Assembly (NCBI GenBank): GCA_030704615.1
Contig: CM060732.1
Span: 33,108,001 to 33,172,000, forward strand
Origin: Takakia lepidozioides
Lineage: Eukaryota; Plantae; Bryophyta
Direction of reading: 5' to 3'
DNA: 64,000 nucleotides
Shown: piece after piece, positions 39,017 to 52,144 of the stretch
Layout of the letters: the number at the start of each line of letters is the position of its first letter
Numbering within the stretch: position 1 is the stretch's first letter
Program-made: the position numbers and the translations under genes
Notes under the pieces: model-generated
Database searches by the model: none
Seen by the model: the letters and a program-made list of their open reading frames with translations, nothing else
What the model was told of the DNA's origin: nothing

Positions 39017-40206
39017 CATCAACTATGCAATGTGGTATGTGGACGACCATGATTTGAAATGTGTAATTCACATCAATTCGTCGGCGGTGCAATGATATGG
39101 CCTCCAACTATACGGAGTGAGCTCTGAGTGGCAACTCTTAAAAGCACATTTGTCATTGCACCGTTCGAAGTCTACATGTCTTGCTGTCGCTATGCACTAC
39201 AATCATCTTTTGAAGATGATTCTAACTCTCATTGTTATTTGAGGAGGGAGGAAGGTCTTCCCATGGCAGCCTCTATGGCGCACACTTTGTGAGGATATTT
39301 TCTCGTCCTCGTGATTATGCCGAAGCAGTGGCACTTCACGCGGCCAAGTCCCTATCCCCTGAATTTTTACTGCCCAGCCGTAGGTGTAGCCAGCGTAGAT
39401 CCGGAGTTCTTAAATACTTAGACTTAGATGCAGAGGAAGCGGGGATACATTGTACTGACTCTGAGTCAAACTGAACTATGTTCTTTTAATATTCTGTTTC
39501 ATCCTCTTTGGAAAACGTTGAATCCCCTTCCTCCACCGTAGTTGTTCCTTTGGAAAGAAAAATAATCAAAGAATGAACTACCATTTAAATTGCAATATGT
39601 ATGAATCCATCTCACAAACCTCCCTCACTCTTGTCATATCCATTGTGCTTTCATCTACAGTGTATTCATGCGTGCTCCATTCATGAATGTTTTCTTTTGT
39701 TCAACATCCATTGTACATTCATCCTCTGTACTCTTTAATCCACCCCACAAACCTACCATGCTCATATACGTTGTGCATTCGTCTAAAGTTTTAGTCATGC
39801 ATCTTCCTGTCATGAATGTTTTTCATTGCTCAACATCCATTATACATTCATCCATTTGACTCTTATCCATCCCTCATTCATCCATCTACATTCATTTTTC
39901 ACACTCATCCATCTGTTTATCATCCAACTGTACATTCATCCATCCTTTATTCATCTGTTGCTTTCAGGTGGGAATGCCATTGCCTTTTATTATGTCGTTC
40001 AGCTTGTTTCCGTGGTAAAGGGTGCCAATCCGCGGGAATACACTCCACTTCTTCCTGGGCGTGTGGTGACGCGGTCTTCAAGTGTGATGACGTGGAGTGA
40101 GCCCCGTGATGTGGCATTGGCGCAAGGTGATGTGGCATTGGCGCAAGGTGATGTGGCGTGAGCGCAGTTGCGCTCACGTGACTAGGCTCACGCCGAGGCA
40201 TCCCTG

Positions 40207-40490
40207 GACAAAGAGAAGACATCAACTACAATGCCCAGATTTGTCTCCGTGCTAGAAATTTTTTAGACCACATGGATACTGTGAGTCAAGTCACTACTCG
40301 GACAGTGGAGCAATGCAAGGTAAAATGGGAAAGTCTTCAAAAGGAATTCAAGAAAATCAAAGATTATCTACAGGACAGGTGCAGGAGACTATTGGGCAAT
40401 GACCAGTGCTGACAGGAAGACACTCAATTTTCCTCCATCGTTTGATAAGCGTGTGTATGAAGAAATTGAAGCATTTCATGGTAGGAGAAA
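40207..40490 (+). pseudogene. Harbinger Myb/trihelix gene, C-terminal continuation
   Basis: ..TRTVEQCKVKWESLQKEFKKIKDY, then (frameshift) GDYWAMTSADRKTLNFPPSFDKRVYEEI; one TAG at a probable Trp codon. Confidence 0.8.
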
Positions 40491-40614
40491 TATCTATATG
40501 ATATTTGCCAATGCTTCACAGTTTTATGACTCGCTCTCTGGGAGACAAATGTCTCTTAATTCACATGGAGAATCATCTGTTGCAACGCCAATCTTAAATT
40601 TTTACTTTTTTAAA

Positions 40615-41540
40615 GCAAGATTGGCGGTCGCTTTATTTTTCGAAATAGAAAAAGAAATAGCGACCGCCATATTGGCGGTCGCTTCAATTTATTTATTTTT
40701 AAAAGCAAGATTGGCGGTCGCACTGGCGGTCGCTTTATTTTTTGAATTAAAAAAAGAAATAGTGACCGCTATCTTGGCGGTCGCTTCAATTTTTTTTATA
40801 AAAAAAACAAGATTGGCGGTCGCATTGGCGGTCGCCTAATTTAAAAAAAGAAAACAAGCGACTGCCGTATTGGTGGTCGCACAATTTTGTAAATATGTAC
40901 AGAACAAGCGACCGCCATATGGCGGTCGAATAATTTTAAGAATATATAAAAAAAACCGCGACCGCCATTGGGCGGTCGCTTAATTTAAAATATATATAGA
41001 AAAACAAACGACTGCCATACGGCGGTCGGTAAATTTAAAATTATATTAAAAAAACAAGCTACATATGAAAATAAAAGCGACCGCCACACCGGTGGTCGCT
41101 TGTTTTAAAACAATACAATATTTGCGACCACCAAACCGGCGGTCACATCAATTTTAAATTATATATTAAGTTTAAGCGACCGCCAGCCTGGAGGTCGCTT
41201 AAACTTGAAAATATAAAGATTAGAAGCGACCGCCTTACTGGCGGTCGCGTTTTGTTTTTTTTTTAATATTAAAAATAAAAGCGACCACCATATTGGCGGT
41301 CACTTTATTTTAAATATATTAACAAATGAAGCGACCGCCATACCGGCAGTCGCATTATATTTTGAAATAAAAAACAATAGCGACCGCCATACGGACGGTC
41401 GCTTAAATTTAAAAATATACAAAATAGAAGTGACCGCAATATTGCACAAAATGAAAGGAAATGGAAACGACCGCAGTAGTGGCGGTCGCTTGTTTTTCAT
41501 AAAAAATAAAAATAGCGACCGTAGTATTAGCGGTCGCTTA
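40615..41540. repeat. Array of spaced palindromes GCGACCGCCA-N3-4-TGGCGGTCGC in AT-rich spacers (~50-bp period)
   Basis: Directly visible, e.g. AGCGACCGCCATATTGGCGGTCGCT at ~40659; lies upstream of the hAT transposase. Confidence 0.85.
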
Positions 41541-41956
41541 ATTTCAAAATTACAACAAATATGGTTGTACAGTTTTTTTCGGGTGGGCGCTATTGGTTCA
41601 TCATTTATTTATTTCACTTTCATCTCTCTTGGATTATATATAAGGGAGGATGGTCACCAAGCTCCTCACTTCTTTTGGCGCAAACACTTGAGGTTGCTTT
41701 GGATGTTCTCTTCCATTGAACGAGAGTGTAGCCCAAGAGGATGGTGCGCACTTTTTGCCGTTGTGGCTTCCGCCAAAGCCACTTCAGCAGATTGTGTATA
41801 AGCTCAACACTACAACCCACATCGACCCACTTGGGTTGCTGAAAGGTGTAGAAGTGATGGGCTATCGCATTGCACTCTACATTCACAAACACGTTCATTT
41901 ATAGGTGACTGTTTTTTGTTGTTTGCATCGCTAGGTCCCAGGGGAGTGGATATTGG

Positions 41957-43957
41957 GTGAAGATGAGGGAGGAATGGAGCTCTTGGTATACGGCAATCCC
42001 GAACACTGTCAGTGCAACTGGTAGTATTGAGTGCAACCTATGTGGATTAAAGTTTTCTTATCGTAAGGATCGGTTGCTCGCTCACCTCGGCTATAAAGGT
42101 GTGAAGAGCGTTGGGGTGGGTTTATGCCCCAAAGCATCTATGCGGGTAAAAAACCAGTTTGCCCAGTATGGAGGCAATATTCCAATGTCTTTGGATCTGG
42201 ACATGACCTTTAAGCAGAACACTTCATCTTCCCGTCAGGATGCCCCGATTAGTACCCAGGGCGACTCTTATGAGGCTTCGGGTGTCCTTGGACAAGTGGG
42301 TTGTGCCGGAGCAACACCTGCTTCAACACCTCTTTGTACCTCTACACTTTAACGGAGTAGAGGATTACGGCAGCAATCCATGTAATAAGGTCTTAACTTA
42401 TCTGCGAAAAGACAGTTGGATAAAAAATGGGCGCAGTTTGTGGCAAGGCTTCCGACATTTGTTTCTGCTCTAACCGTTAGAGCAACTTCGGGGTCCAGAT
42501 CCACGTACGTGCCTCCGACTTATCACAATCTCCGCACAGGATTGCTAGAAGACGCCATGACCGAGCTTACCCAAAAGTTTAACGATAGGACCGGCGAGTG
42601 CATCAGAAAATATGGAAGCACCATATGTGCCGATGGTTGGAGTTCTGTCACAAACAGACTGTTGTTCAATGTCATGCTTGTATGTCCAGCTGCGGAACAA
42701 TTCTTGGGATCGGTCGACACTAGCTGCGAGAAGAAAGATGGACGTTATCAATGTCAACTATTGACGGACTTCATCGAACAGGTCGGAAGTGATAGAATCG
42801 TGCAAATATGCACAGACAATGCCGATAGCATGAGAAACACTGCAGACATGTTGTTGGCACGTTATCCCCATATGTACTATCAAGGTTGTGCTGCTTATAT
42901 CCTTGATCTTATTTTGGAAGATTGGGGAAAAGAACAGTGGGTGAAACAACTTGTTAAGCAAGCGAAGACTGTTGTGTCGTTCATCCGCACATACCACATC
43001 CCTTTGGCAATATATAGGAGGCATGAACCCAAATACAGCCTCCGCAATCTAGGCGAAACTCGTTTTGCCACTAACTTCTTGATGGTGGATCGGTTGGTGA
43101 CGATGAAGAGCAGTCTGGAGCACACCATCATTGATCCTCAATGGGATGCGTACACACGGATATTGCGGGACTCTAGAAAAGCCAAGTCATTGGGCAAAAG
43201 TCGAAAAGTTCGAAATAGCATTCGCAACGATGATTTTTGGAAGTAATGTGAAAACTTTGTTTATATGGTAGAGCTGGTGTTAATCGTCTTGCGGGAGTTT
43301 GATGGAAAACAACCAGTAATGGACAAGGCATGGTTACTAATGCAAAATCTTGAGAAGCACGTCCAATCCTTGAGGCATCCTCCCTTCTCTTTGGAACCTA
43401 AACATACGGACAGTGCTGAGGATGCATTTTATGACCGTCGTTCGATGGTTCGAACGGACTTGCATTATGCGGGGGCTTTGCTCAATCCATTCTTGCTCGA
43501 CAATACCATGCTCCGAGACGACGCTAATGCCAAGGCCGGCCTCGTGCGATTGCTCGTGCGATTGGCTCCGCCGAACCATGCAGATAGAGCTATATCCGAG
43601 TACCAATGCTTCTTAGATCGCCGCGACCCTTTTGAGGACATGTCGGATCCAAAAGAGCTCAATATGTTGCCACATGAATGGTGGGATCTGATTGGAGCTG
43701 GAGCAAGAACATTGGCTCCCATTGCGAAGCGTATTCTTGCTCAAGTGTGCTCTGCCTCATCTTGCAAACGCAATTGGAGCAGTTACTCATTTGTTCACAA
43801 CAAGATTCGCAACAGGTTGAATCCCGCGAGGCTGACAAATTGGTGTATGTGTATACCAATTGCCGACTGCTACGTGAGAGGGCAGCGGATGATGCTGCAG
43901 CATGATATGAGAGGAATTTGCATTCCGAAGACTTTGCTTCTGAAGCTGATTCGATGA
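41957..43957 (+). pseudogene. hAT-superfamily transposase (BED finger, DUF659-type core, hAT dimerisation domain), disrupted
   Basis: IECNLC..LLAHL; TICADGWS; QICTDNA; GCAAYILDLILED; TRFATNF; EWWDLIG..RILAQVCSASSCKRNWS (catalytic E replaced by K); in-frame stops. Confidence 0.9.
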
Positions 43958-45295
43958 GTGACGATACTGAGCTTCAGAGAGAATCATCTCAGAGGGAATC
44001 ATCTGCCTCCAGTAGTGAAGATGGATCCGATGATGCTCCCGTTTACATTTTACAGATGATGATGTTTATATCCAGCCGACCTTTGATGACCTTCTTGAAG
44101 AAGTGCGTATCGCAGATGAAGGTGAAGCTGCAATTGTGTCATCCCCAAAACATGGTCCTCAAAATGAAGTTGGGGTCAACCCTCGCCCCCCACTATACAC
44201 TGAAGCCACCGGTAGTGCCCCAATGGAGCTTAGGGATGATGTATTGCCAGGACCGATCGACGTACGTAATCTTGTTCATACAAACGATGGTGTCAAACCC
44301 ATTGTACAGTCGACGGGACGGGATCATGCCTCACCGATACGTCCAGCTCCACCACAATGCCAAAACCGATCCAGCTCCCCATCAACACAGCGGGCATTAA
44401 GGAGCATCAGGGTTGATCTGTTTTCCACACACATGCATCATTCTGTTGCATTGGACCGGGCGGAAGTTGAAGCCTCAGATGATGACAACCTGCCACTACA
44501 ATTCCACCTTAACCGACGTGTTGCGCAGCAAACCCGTGGTTCCTCACATGCCGGACCATCTAATGCCGGTCCATCTCGGGCAGTCCCCCCTCCGGTACCT
44601 CCTTCTAGACCACCTTCGATTGCGTCCCAAGTTCATAAACGACAAAAAACGGTCCAACATTTTGTAGACGATCGGCCCACAAACAGGTCAGATACCATGG
44701 ATGATATTCAAGACCGGAGTGGGAGTCGACTTCAGAGAGAACTAAATGTGGTTCGAGGTCGCTTTGCAGATTCAAAGGCCTGGACATATGAGGTCGGATA
44801 TGGAGGACGATTCCAGCACTGATCATGGCAACGGTGGTGAAGTCGAGGGTGACCCGGATTTTCAACCCATCGGAGCATTAGGATTATGATCTTCTTCGTC
44901 CCGTCGTCGAAGCAGTAGAAGGAATTGAAGCAAAACAGTTGTAGGCATGCATCAGCACTTTTTAGTAGACATGTTTATATTTTTGTACTGAAGTAATACC
45001 AATGTTATCATTGTCACTATGAGTATTTGTATTGTTGTTGTGTATGTGTTGGAAAATAAAAGATGTTGCCCATGTGTATACCAGCCAAAATGTCGGCCAA
45101 AGGCACCGTCACTTGCTCATGTTTGTGCTCGATGATTTGCTTGTGGAATGCAGAACAATTGTGCTATGCTTCCAACTGTGCATTCATTTTTATTTAAATG
45201 GAGCGACCGCCAACAACAAACAGACATGCATAATCAAAACTTATAAGTTTGTGGACGGAGGATAACAAGTGAAAAAGATAATTATCTGTTGTAAG

Positions 45296-45508
45296 TCAGT
45301 TAAGCTTATTGCATACACAAGATAACGTCTGATGGTAGAGGAGTCTCGCTGGATGTGACACAAAGGGATGTGTTCGTTTCAACCAAAACTGCTCACACAT
45401 GGGTTGGCACAGTGCATCAGCTATGATCTCAGCTTGCCAGTGTGTACAAACTGCTGCACTTTGTGCCAGGCTGTATGCATCCAACCGCCCCAAGATGTGG
45501 ACTTGCAA
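45296..45508 (-). pseudogene. F-box-like gene fragment
   Basis: HILGRLDAYSLAQSAAVCTHWQAEIIADALCQPMCEQFW resembles an F-box motif. Confidence 0.6.
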
Positions 45509-46969
45509 TCAATACACTAAGTACCCCACCAGAAAAGGAACGCATCTAATGTATAGAGAAGACATGTCCATTTATTTACAAAGTAGATTGGTAATTTGAA
45601 AGAAATGAGTTAGATGTTCCATAAACAGAATGTTTACCCCTCATTTTAACCATTCTAAAGCCAGGAAATCTCTAAACCTTGAACAATAAGTATCTAGTTC
45701 TGAGGTCACATCTCCTACCTCACCACTGCCAGCAAATCAAAACCTGTCACCTCATACTGAAAAGACTGTCCGAGAGTATGATGTGCTGCATTGCAGACAA
45801 CAGATCTTTTTATATATCCCATAGTAAGAAGACCTTATACATCCTCCAGTAAATGCACTGTGTTTGAACACACTGACTTATAAGATCAACTAGAGAAGGA
45901 AACCTCCAGTAGAGACATAACCCCATAATGAGCACTCAGCTAAATCAAAAGTGACACTTGCATGCACTTTAAAAGTTGAGATGCGGTGCACACTGCCAGT
46001 GAAGAAACTACATGTAAAGAAATAGACTATGAACTATGTAGTCAACACACAACAAACAAAAATGAGGGAACTTGGGGCATACTCGCAGATCGCAACTGTC
46101 TTGATTACCACGAGATCATAACGGTCAATGAAGGGCAGAATTATTATATCCCCATCGTAATCTGCCTCCCCTTTCAACTGTACATTGATGTCCTTGTTTG
46201 CATGTTGAAGTCAAACACAACATCACATGACCTGTTTAAAAGCTGTGAGAGTCAGACTCAGGCCTTGTTAATTTCATGGATCTCAATTACTGGGCTGTCT
46301 CACATGTAAATGCCTGCCTTGCACATGATCTTGTTATCATTTAAAGCTTATCACACATTTGATGTACCCTCATCGAAATCATTGTTGCTCTTTGTCCCCT
46401 TGGATTGCATTGATTACAAGAGCTTCATGGGAAAATGATTGGGTATGGTGTACCCTTGAGGGCATAGTCCTTGCGGATGTAGTACTGTTCCCAAGGCTGT
46501 GGTATGGTAGGTCGTTTATCCCACCAGGCGACACAGCTCAGCCATTACTGCCATAGTTCTGAGATGGGAGAGAAAGTAAAAGAGCAGAGGAGGTCCACCA
46601 CCATCCCAAAAAGCATGCTCCAGTAATTTCAATAGAATTTGATTCTGGCTTCCAAAATTTTACCAAAACAGTCTGTCCCTAAATCTGTCCAAACTCAGGA
46701 GTTAAAGAGAACGTACTCATTGGACTTTGTTTTCGGTAGCCTTGTTTGTGGCCATAGACCCCACGCCCAGTGATGGAACAGACACTACCTTTGTGAGGTA
46801 ATATTCATTGACAATGTCCATCTACATCTGCCATCCTTTATCTTAACCAATGGAAAAAAAAAAACCAAATGGAGTCACAGCCATGTATATTAACCATCTC
46901 AAACAGCTCCTGCCCTCCGCGTGGAGCGAGGAATGAGGGGGGCGGGGGCATATAAGCTCCCAGTCATTC

Positions 46970-47447
46970 TCCCCGACCGCCATTTCTGGCGGTCGCCTTT
47001 ATTTTTTTATTTTTGGAAATGGGGCGACCGCCATTACTGGCGGTCGTTTTTTTTTAAAAATGGAGCGACCGCAAAGGTGGCAGTCGCTTCTACGAGGTTT
47101 GTCCTACGCGTGGAGCGAGGAATGAGGGGGGCGGAGGGATATACATGGCGGTCGCTTTTATTTTATTTATTTTGGAAATAAAGCGACCGCCATTACTGGC
47201 AGTCACTTTTAGTTTAATTATTTTGGAAATGAAGCGACCGCCATTACTGGCGGTCGCTTTTATTTTATTTTATTTTGGAAATGAAGCGACCGCCGTTACT
47301 GGCGGTCGCTTTTTTGTTTTTTTGGAGCAAAATGAAGCGACCGCCATTAGGGATGGTCGCCGATATTGTTGTTTTTTGTAATTGCAGCGACCGCCATTAG
47401 TGGCAGTTGCTTTTATTGAAATTTGGTTGGAAATGGAGCGACCGCCA
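46970..47447. repeat. Second GCGACCGCCA-N4-TGGCGGTCGC palindrome array (~51-bp period)
   Basis: Same motif as 40615-41540; direct repeat CGCGTGGAGCGAGGAATGAGGGGGGCGG at ~46918 and ~47107. Confidence 0.85.
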
Positions 47448-47806
47448 AGACCTTCAAGAGCCAGCTCCCCTCAGAAAATCTAGTCTATATTGTTCATTCT
47501 TGTTCTGTCTAAACTGAACATGCGTGGGGTTTATGGCCACAAGGCTACAACAAACACTGGGAGTACATTCTTACGCATCGTGGCATATTGTTTAAGTACA
47601 GTATTGGTGCATTCATTGCTTGTCTCTAAATGAATGTTTCAGCAAGCTTTTAATATTGACCATGACAGCAAGAACTGGGAGGCATTGGGTGTAAGAGTGG
47701 TGTCAGTGGATGTTATTTTTCATCTACACATAACACATGCACCTTGTTCTCCACCTCAATGCAATTGTGCCCTGGCTCCTCACACCTGCATCCTCCATCA
47801 TCTTTC

Positions 47807-48235
47807 TTACCTTTGCTTGATCATCCCACCTCCCAACAGCAACGCACATATTGCATAGTAGCACATAAGATCCAGCATCTTCTGGATTGCACTTGAGAAG
47901 GCATTTTGCAGCATGTTCTGCTCAATCCATAGCGTCATGAAGTCTACATGCAGCAAGTAATGCCCCCAACACAACAGCATCTGGTTCAAATGGCATTTTC
48001 TCGATGGAGCCCTCTGCTTTATCCAATTGCCCTGCACTGCCAAGAATGTCCACCATGCAGCCAAAATGCTCAGTAGTAGGGGTGACGCCATGATCCCTAC
48101 TCATGGAATCAAAGTGGTGACAACCTTCATCCACCAAGCCCACATGGGTACATGCAGAGAGAACACATGTATACAAGGTGATACCATTTGGCTTGAAACC
48201 TTCCTGTTGCATTTGTTTAAATAGTTGGAGGGCAT
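47807..48235 (-). pseudogene. PLS-class PPR gene fragment (last PPR motifs and E domain)
   Basis: MQQEGFKPNGIT..VLSACTHVGLVDEGCHHFDSMSRDHGVTPTTEHFGCMVDILGSAGQLDKAE..MPFEPDAVVLGALLAACRLH. Confidence 0.9.
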
Positions 48236-49334
48236 TCTAGCTCTGAAATTACAAACTTTTGAGGTATTGGTGAATTCTTCAAATCATGCAGAAATTTCGG
48301 TGTAAACTGGATTTCCATTGCAGTTGACGTCAACTCAAACCCTACAATAAATAGTGTGCAAACCTGACAAGCACTGGGCCCGTGAGCTGGAGTCTATCTA
48401 GGAGTCTATGCTTGTGCTGCATTAAATCCTGGCACTTGCGGATTAACTGTAGACATTTGAATCTTGGATTCTCTCCCAATTTGACATTGACTGGACATAT
48501 GAGCAAGACTCTATTGGGGTAAATATCACAGGGATCTGTTTGTTCAACTGTATGACCCCACATAGAGATCTTTCTGGAGCAAGTCTGGAAGGTAGAATCA
48601 CTATATGAGATAAGCCTCACGGCTGGAGCTGAGTCCTCAGTAATGGCAGTGGCCCAACTTTCCTGTATGGCACCCTTCCCCCACTATGTTCAAACTAGGT
48701 GTATGGGCCATAATCCACAAGGCTACAGTAAGAAACTCCAACAAATACATGTATTTCCATTGTTGACCTGGGTTCCACAAACTCCTAAGAGTTTGTAGGT
48801 CTCGTCATGTCACAGAAGGAGAGCGTCACCATAATCTTGTACTACATCATGTTTGTCTATGCAGAGCCCTTTCAATGCTCCCTCCTTGAGTTTTGGAGTA
48901 GGGGAGTGCTGTAGAATTTAGATGTTGGGTTATCACTTATCACCCACCTTATTTGAGGAGGTTGCAGATAGCTTTTGCAAAAGAAAAAGGCATAAGAAAT
49001 GTAGCACATGCTGGTGCCTTCTGTATCCTAAACATACATCACAGTCTCTCATATACCTTGCATATACCATCACCTAGGTGCATGATCAATCCAACAAGTT
49101 GAACTCCTCATGAAGACATATATGGGTTCCTCATAAATAAGAGAAAATAGAAGTAGATGGACTTCCTAGGGACATGAAAGGGATACAGACAAAAGAAAGC
49201 AAGGAGGCAGAAGGAAATTTGTTCTTCTCATGTACATATACTACATAGAGAAACGCTACAACACCAAGATCAACCTAAAATAGAGTACCAACCTAATCAC
49301 AGTTCTTGGAGAACCATGGTTCTGAATTAAAATC

Positions 49335-50717
49335 TTAGATGTTCCCTAAACCATTTCTTTGTCTATATTGCAACCATTCCACTAAATCCTCCCTCAGTTT
49401 TTCTCCCCCCAGGTCCTCATCTGGATGTATTACTTGTTGCTGATTCTTGCGAGCAAATACTGCCTCCTGGCGAGCATGATCCATCCCCAACTCCTCAATT
49501 TGCTCTTCCAAATCCAAGTGATCATTCGAATCTAAAAGAACATTGTGTAAGAACATACAACATCTAATAACTTGAGGATATAAATCTATATCTAATCGAC
49601 TAGGTCATGCAAGCTCCTTGAATGTTTTCTTCAATATTCCAAAAGCTTGCTCAATCAGAATTCTGCCCTGAGCGACCTTGTAGTTGTAAAATCTTTGTGC
49701 TCTAGTCAATGGGTCCACATTCATCTTAAAAGGGATAGCCAGCCAAGACAGAGGCTCATATCCACTACCTCCCAATAGGTAAGCCCGCATTGGTGCACCA
49801 CTCGGGAAATTTACGGGATCTTCATCCAGAATGTGCTCATTGTTTGCACTCCTCCAAAGAGATGAATTAGACAGAACTCTGTCATCATGAACACTCCCAG
49901 GCATTCCTATGAAAATGTTGGTGAATTTTCTTCTATGGTCACATACAGCCTGTATATTGTAGGAGAAACTTTGTTTCCTATTTCTCCAATCCATAGAACG
50001 CATTCCATGGTGAGGTTGCAGTATCTGAATATGACAACAATCAATACAACCACCACAGTTTGGCAATCTGCTCCTTCGTTGGATTGCCTCTTGGACCTCG
50101 TACAGATACTACCCAGTTGGCCACACAACGACATTCTCAAAAACTTTGTTTATTGCTGGAACAACCTCCCTCAAAATGTCGTACATTGTAGACTTGCCAA
50201 TGCTAAACATTTCGCTTGTTTGCACCATAGTGCAACCTGTCACCAATTTATAGATACATGTTGCTACCTTCAACTCCACACAAACATGTAACTTAAAATT
50301 GGTAATCTGCTTCGTGTAGTGTGGTCGCAAGGCCTCCATGATAAAAGTGAATGTGCGTGTTGTCATTCGCATTATTTCCAACCATCTTGCATCATCATAC
50401 CTTCCCATCAAGTAATTGTAAAACCAATCGACACTCCTGGGCTTCACATACTATCCACATTTCAAACACCTCAAAATCACAGCAGAATCAGCGATAGTAC
50501 CTGTCTCTCTGTAATTCAAGACTACCTTGGACATACTTTCGTCATCGCTTCCATGATCTTCTTCCTGAACCATTCGGAATTCCCTTTCTTCTTTAAAGGT
50601 ATCGAAATTGAGCCTCCTCCTTTTCCTCGGTTTCAAAATCTTCTGTAGCAGCATAATAATTTGTTGCAACGCCATCATGATATTGCCTAGAAACATGAAG
50701 AGCTCTTCCTTTGTCAT
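49335..50717 (-). pseudogene. Harbinger DDE nuclease (HARBI1-like transposase), single frame with three premature stops
   Basis: GCIDCCHI, RNRKQSFSYNIQAVCD, PGSVHDDRVL, YLLGGSGY, RILIEQAFGILK; the four ORF-track segments share one frame. Confidence 0.92.
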
Positions 50718-51079
50718 CTTTTTGAAAATCCCCTAACCACACTGGTGAGTGCAGCTGCTGGCAATAAATCAAACCGCTTCAGTCATCGCAACCAGCTCTC
50801 AACTTGCTCACTACGGCATGACACGGGCTACATCACCGGTCGGGTACCAAACCCGTTGGTCAAATATTTTGCCGTTTTGGTTAATTAACCCGGCAGGTGC
50901 GGCAGAACCCTTAGCAGGCTCTATTTGAGACTTCAGTTGGGTCTTCCAAAGGAAAACGAAAATGGGTTCCGGATGATGAAACCCTCTAAGACTTTATTTA
51001 CAACATATACATTGGTGAACATACGTAGGATGAGAAGTTCCCGCTCTTCTCCCCCTTCCCGGCCCAAGTGTCGCATCGG

Positions 51080-51200
51080 AAAGCCTTCACGGCGAGGTTA
51101 TTGTGAAAGAGGTTATTTTCTCCTCTCAATATCAAGGGGCCGGATTTGTGAGCCATCGCTCCCAGGTGTTTCCCTACAAAAAAACAAAGAAAAAATCCCA
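51080..51200 (+). repeat. 3' part of a SINE-like repeat with A-rich tail
   Basis: ~95-bp inverted match to 52255-52350 (TGTGAAAGAGGTTATTTTCTCCTCTCA..GCTCCCAGGTGTTTCCC), followed by an A-rich run. Confidence 0.6.
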
Positions 51201-51252
51201 AAAGATGGGGAGGAACGAGAAATATGAGGAAACATAAGCTATAGTAAACTAC

Positions 51253-51750
51253 TCAACCACAACGACCCTCCCAGCCAACAGCCTGGAGGATATCAGACAA
51301 AGTGTCAGGCATAGGCGGAAGATGAGATGATCCGGAGCAAGCCACATCAGCCTGATATAAAATAGATATCATGGCTTGTGCTCTCTGTAGTGCAACTGAA
51401 ACATGTTGTCGATAGTATGTCACAAGGACAGAGGCATACAGAATGCCAGTGGACCTGCTCTGCGTTGCATGATGTGCATATGTCTGAAGGAAATCGTCGA
51501 AGTGCCTATGCAATGAGCCAAATATCTCGACCGCCAATGGAAGAAATCCGTCGGTGGGGTGACGATCTCTGTAGTCGCGCTCCTTGGCCTGAGCTACAAG
51601 AGCCATTGTCGTGCCCAGTGTGGTTCCTGCTCAGGTCCTACACATGATAGAAGTCGGACCCAATGCAAATCGGAAGAAGCACTTTGAGAGCATGCAGGGA
51701 AAAAAAATTACGTTGCACGCGCTCGAAAATGGTCCCATGAAGATGGTCGA
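51253..51750 (-). mobile_element. C-terminal restriction-like endonuclease region of a CRE/R2-type non-LTR retrotransposon
   Basis: AQAKERDY..FLPLAVEIFGSL..RQHVSVALQRAQA matches the RLE-clade C-terminal pattern. Confidence 0.65.
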
Positions 51751-52144
51751 GGCCTTGAGCAATTAGCTACTCAAATGGTGGGATACATGCTCGAACTGGT
51801 GCCGGAAGAAGATCCCGTGCAGAGCAGAGATGCTGCAACTAATTGTGCACAGTATCTTATTGGTGGCCTCCGCTTGTCCATTACCCTTAGGGTAATAGGT
51901 CGTGCTCTTCCTATGCACAATCATGAATTCCTTGGTCAACAACTCAATTGTTTCATTGATAAAGTGACTTCCTTGATCACTGATAAACTCTAAGGGGCAG
52001 CCAAATCTCGAGATGATGTTCTCATAAAGAAACTTTGTTGTAGATTTAGTTGTGTTATCTCTCAGAGCCTTAGCTTCAACCCACTTAGTAGTATAATCAG
52101 TTGCTATGATTATATACTTGTTCTGTGTATTCATTGCTGGTGGA

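Larger units (their letters stand above)
16622..40206. mobile_element. Mutator-like element A (23.6 kb including nested B) carrying a ParB-MTase accessory gene
   Basis: 9-bp TSD GACAAAGAG (16613-16621, 40207-40215); imperfect TIRs CAACGATGCAATGGCATGAGCC vs CAGGGATGCCTCGGCGTGAGCC (16/22); MULE transposase inside; removing it restores the Myb reading frame. Confidence 0.85.
16198..50910. mobile_element. PIF/Harbinger DNA transposon, expanded to 34.7 kb by nested insertions
   Basis: 14-bp perfect TIR GGGTTCTGCCGCAC; TTA TSD at 16195-16197 and 50911-50913; Myb/trihelix gene near the left end and a HARBI1-type nuclease gene near the right end. Confidence 0.9.

Noticed and set aside
39232-39474. 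Third gene in element A (RRSGVLKYLDLDAEEAG, loosely like B's RRARRFVLDSAEESG tail)
   Set aside because: Too short and degenerate to support; the similarity may be chance.
39590-39960. CATCCAT/TTCAT-rich tract as a functional array
   Set aside because: Low-complexity sequence with no fixed period or palindrome.
46730-47560. Inverted pair (GTAGCCTTG..TGGCCATAGACCCCACGC) as TIRs of one element
   Set aside because: Similar sequence also occurs at ~1147 and ~48700 and no TSD was found; likely a dispersed short repeat.
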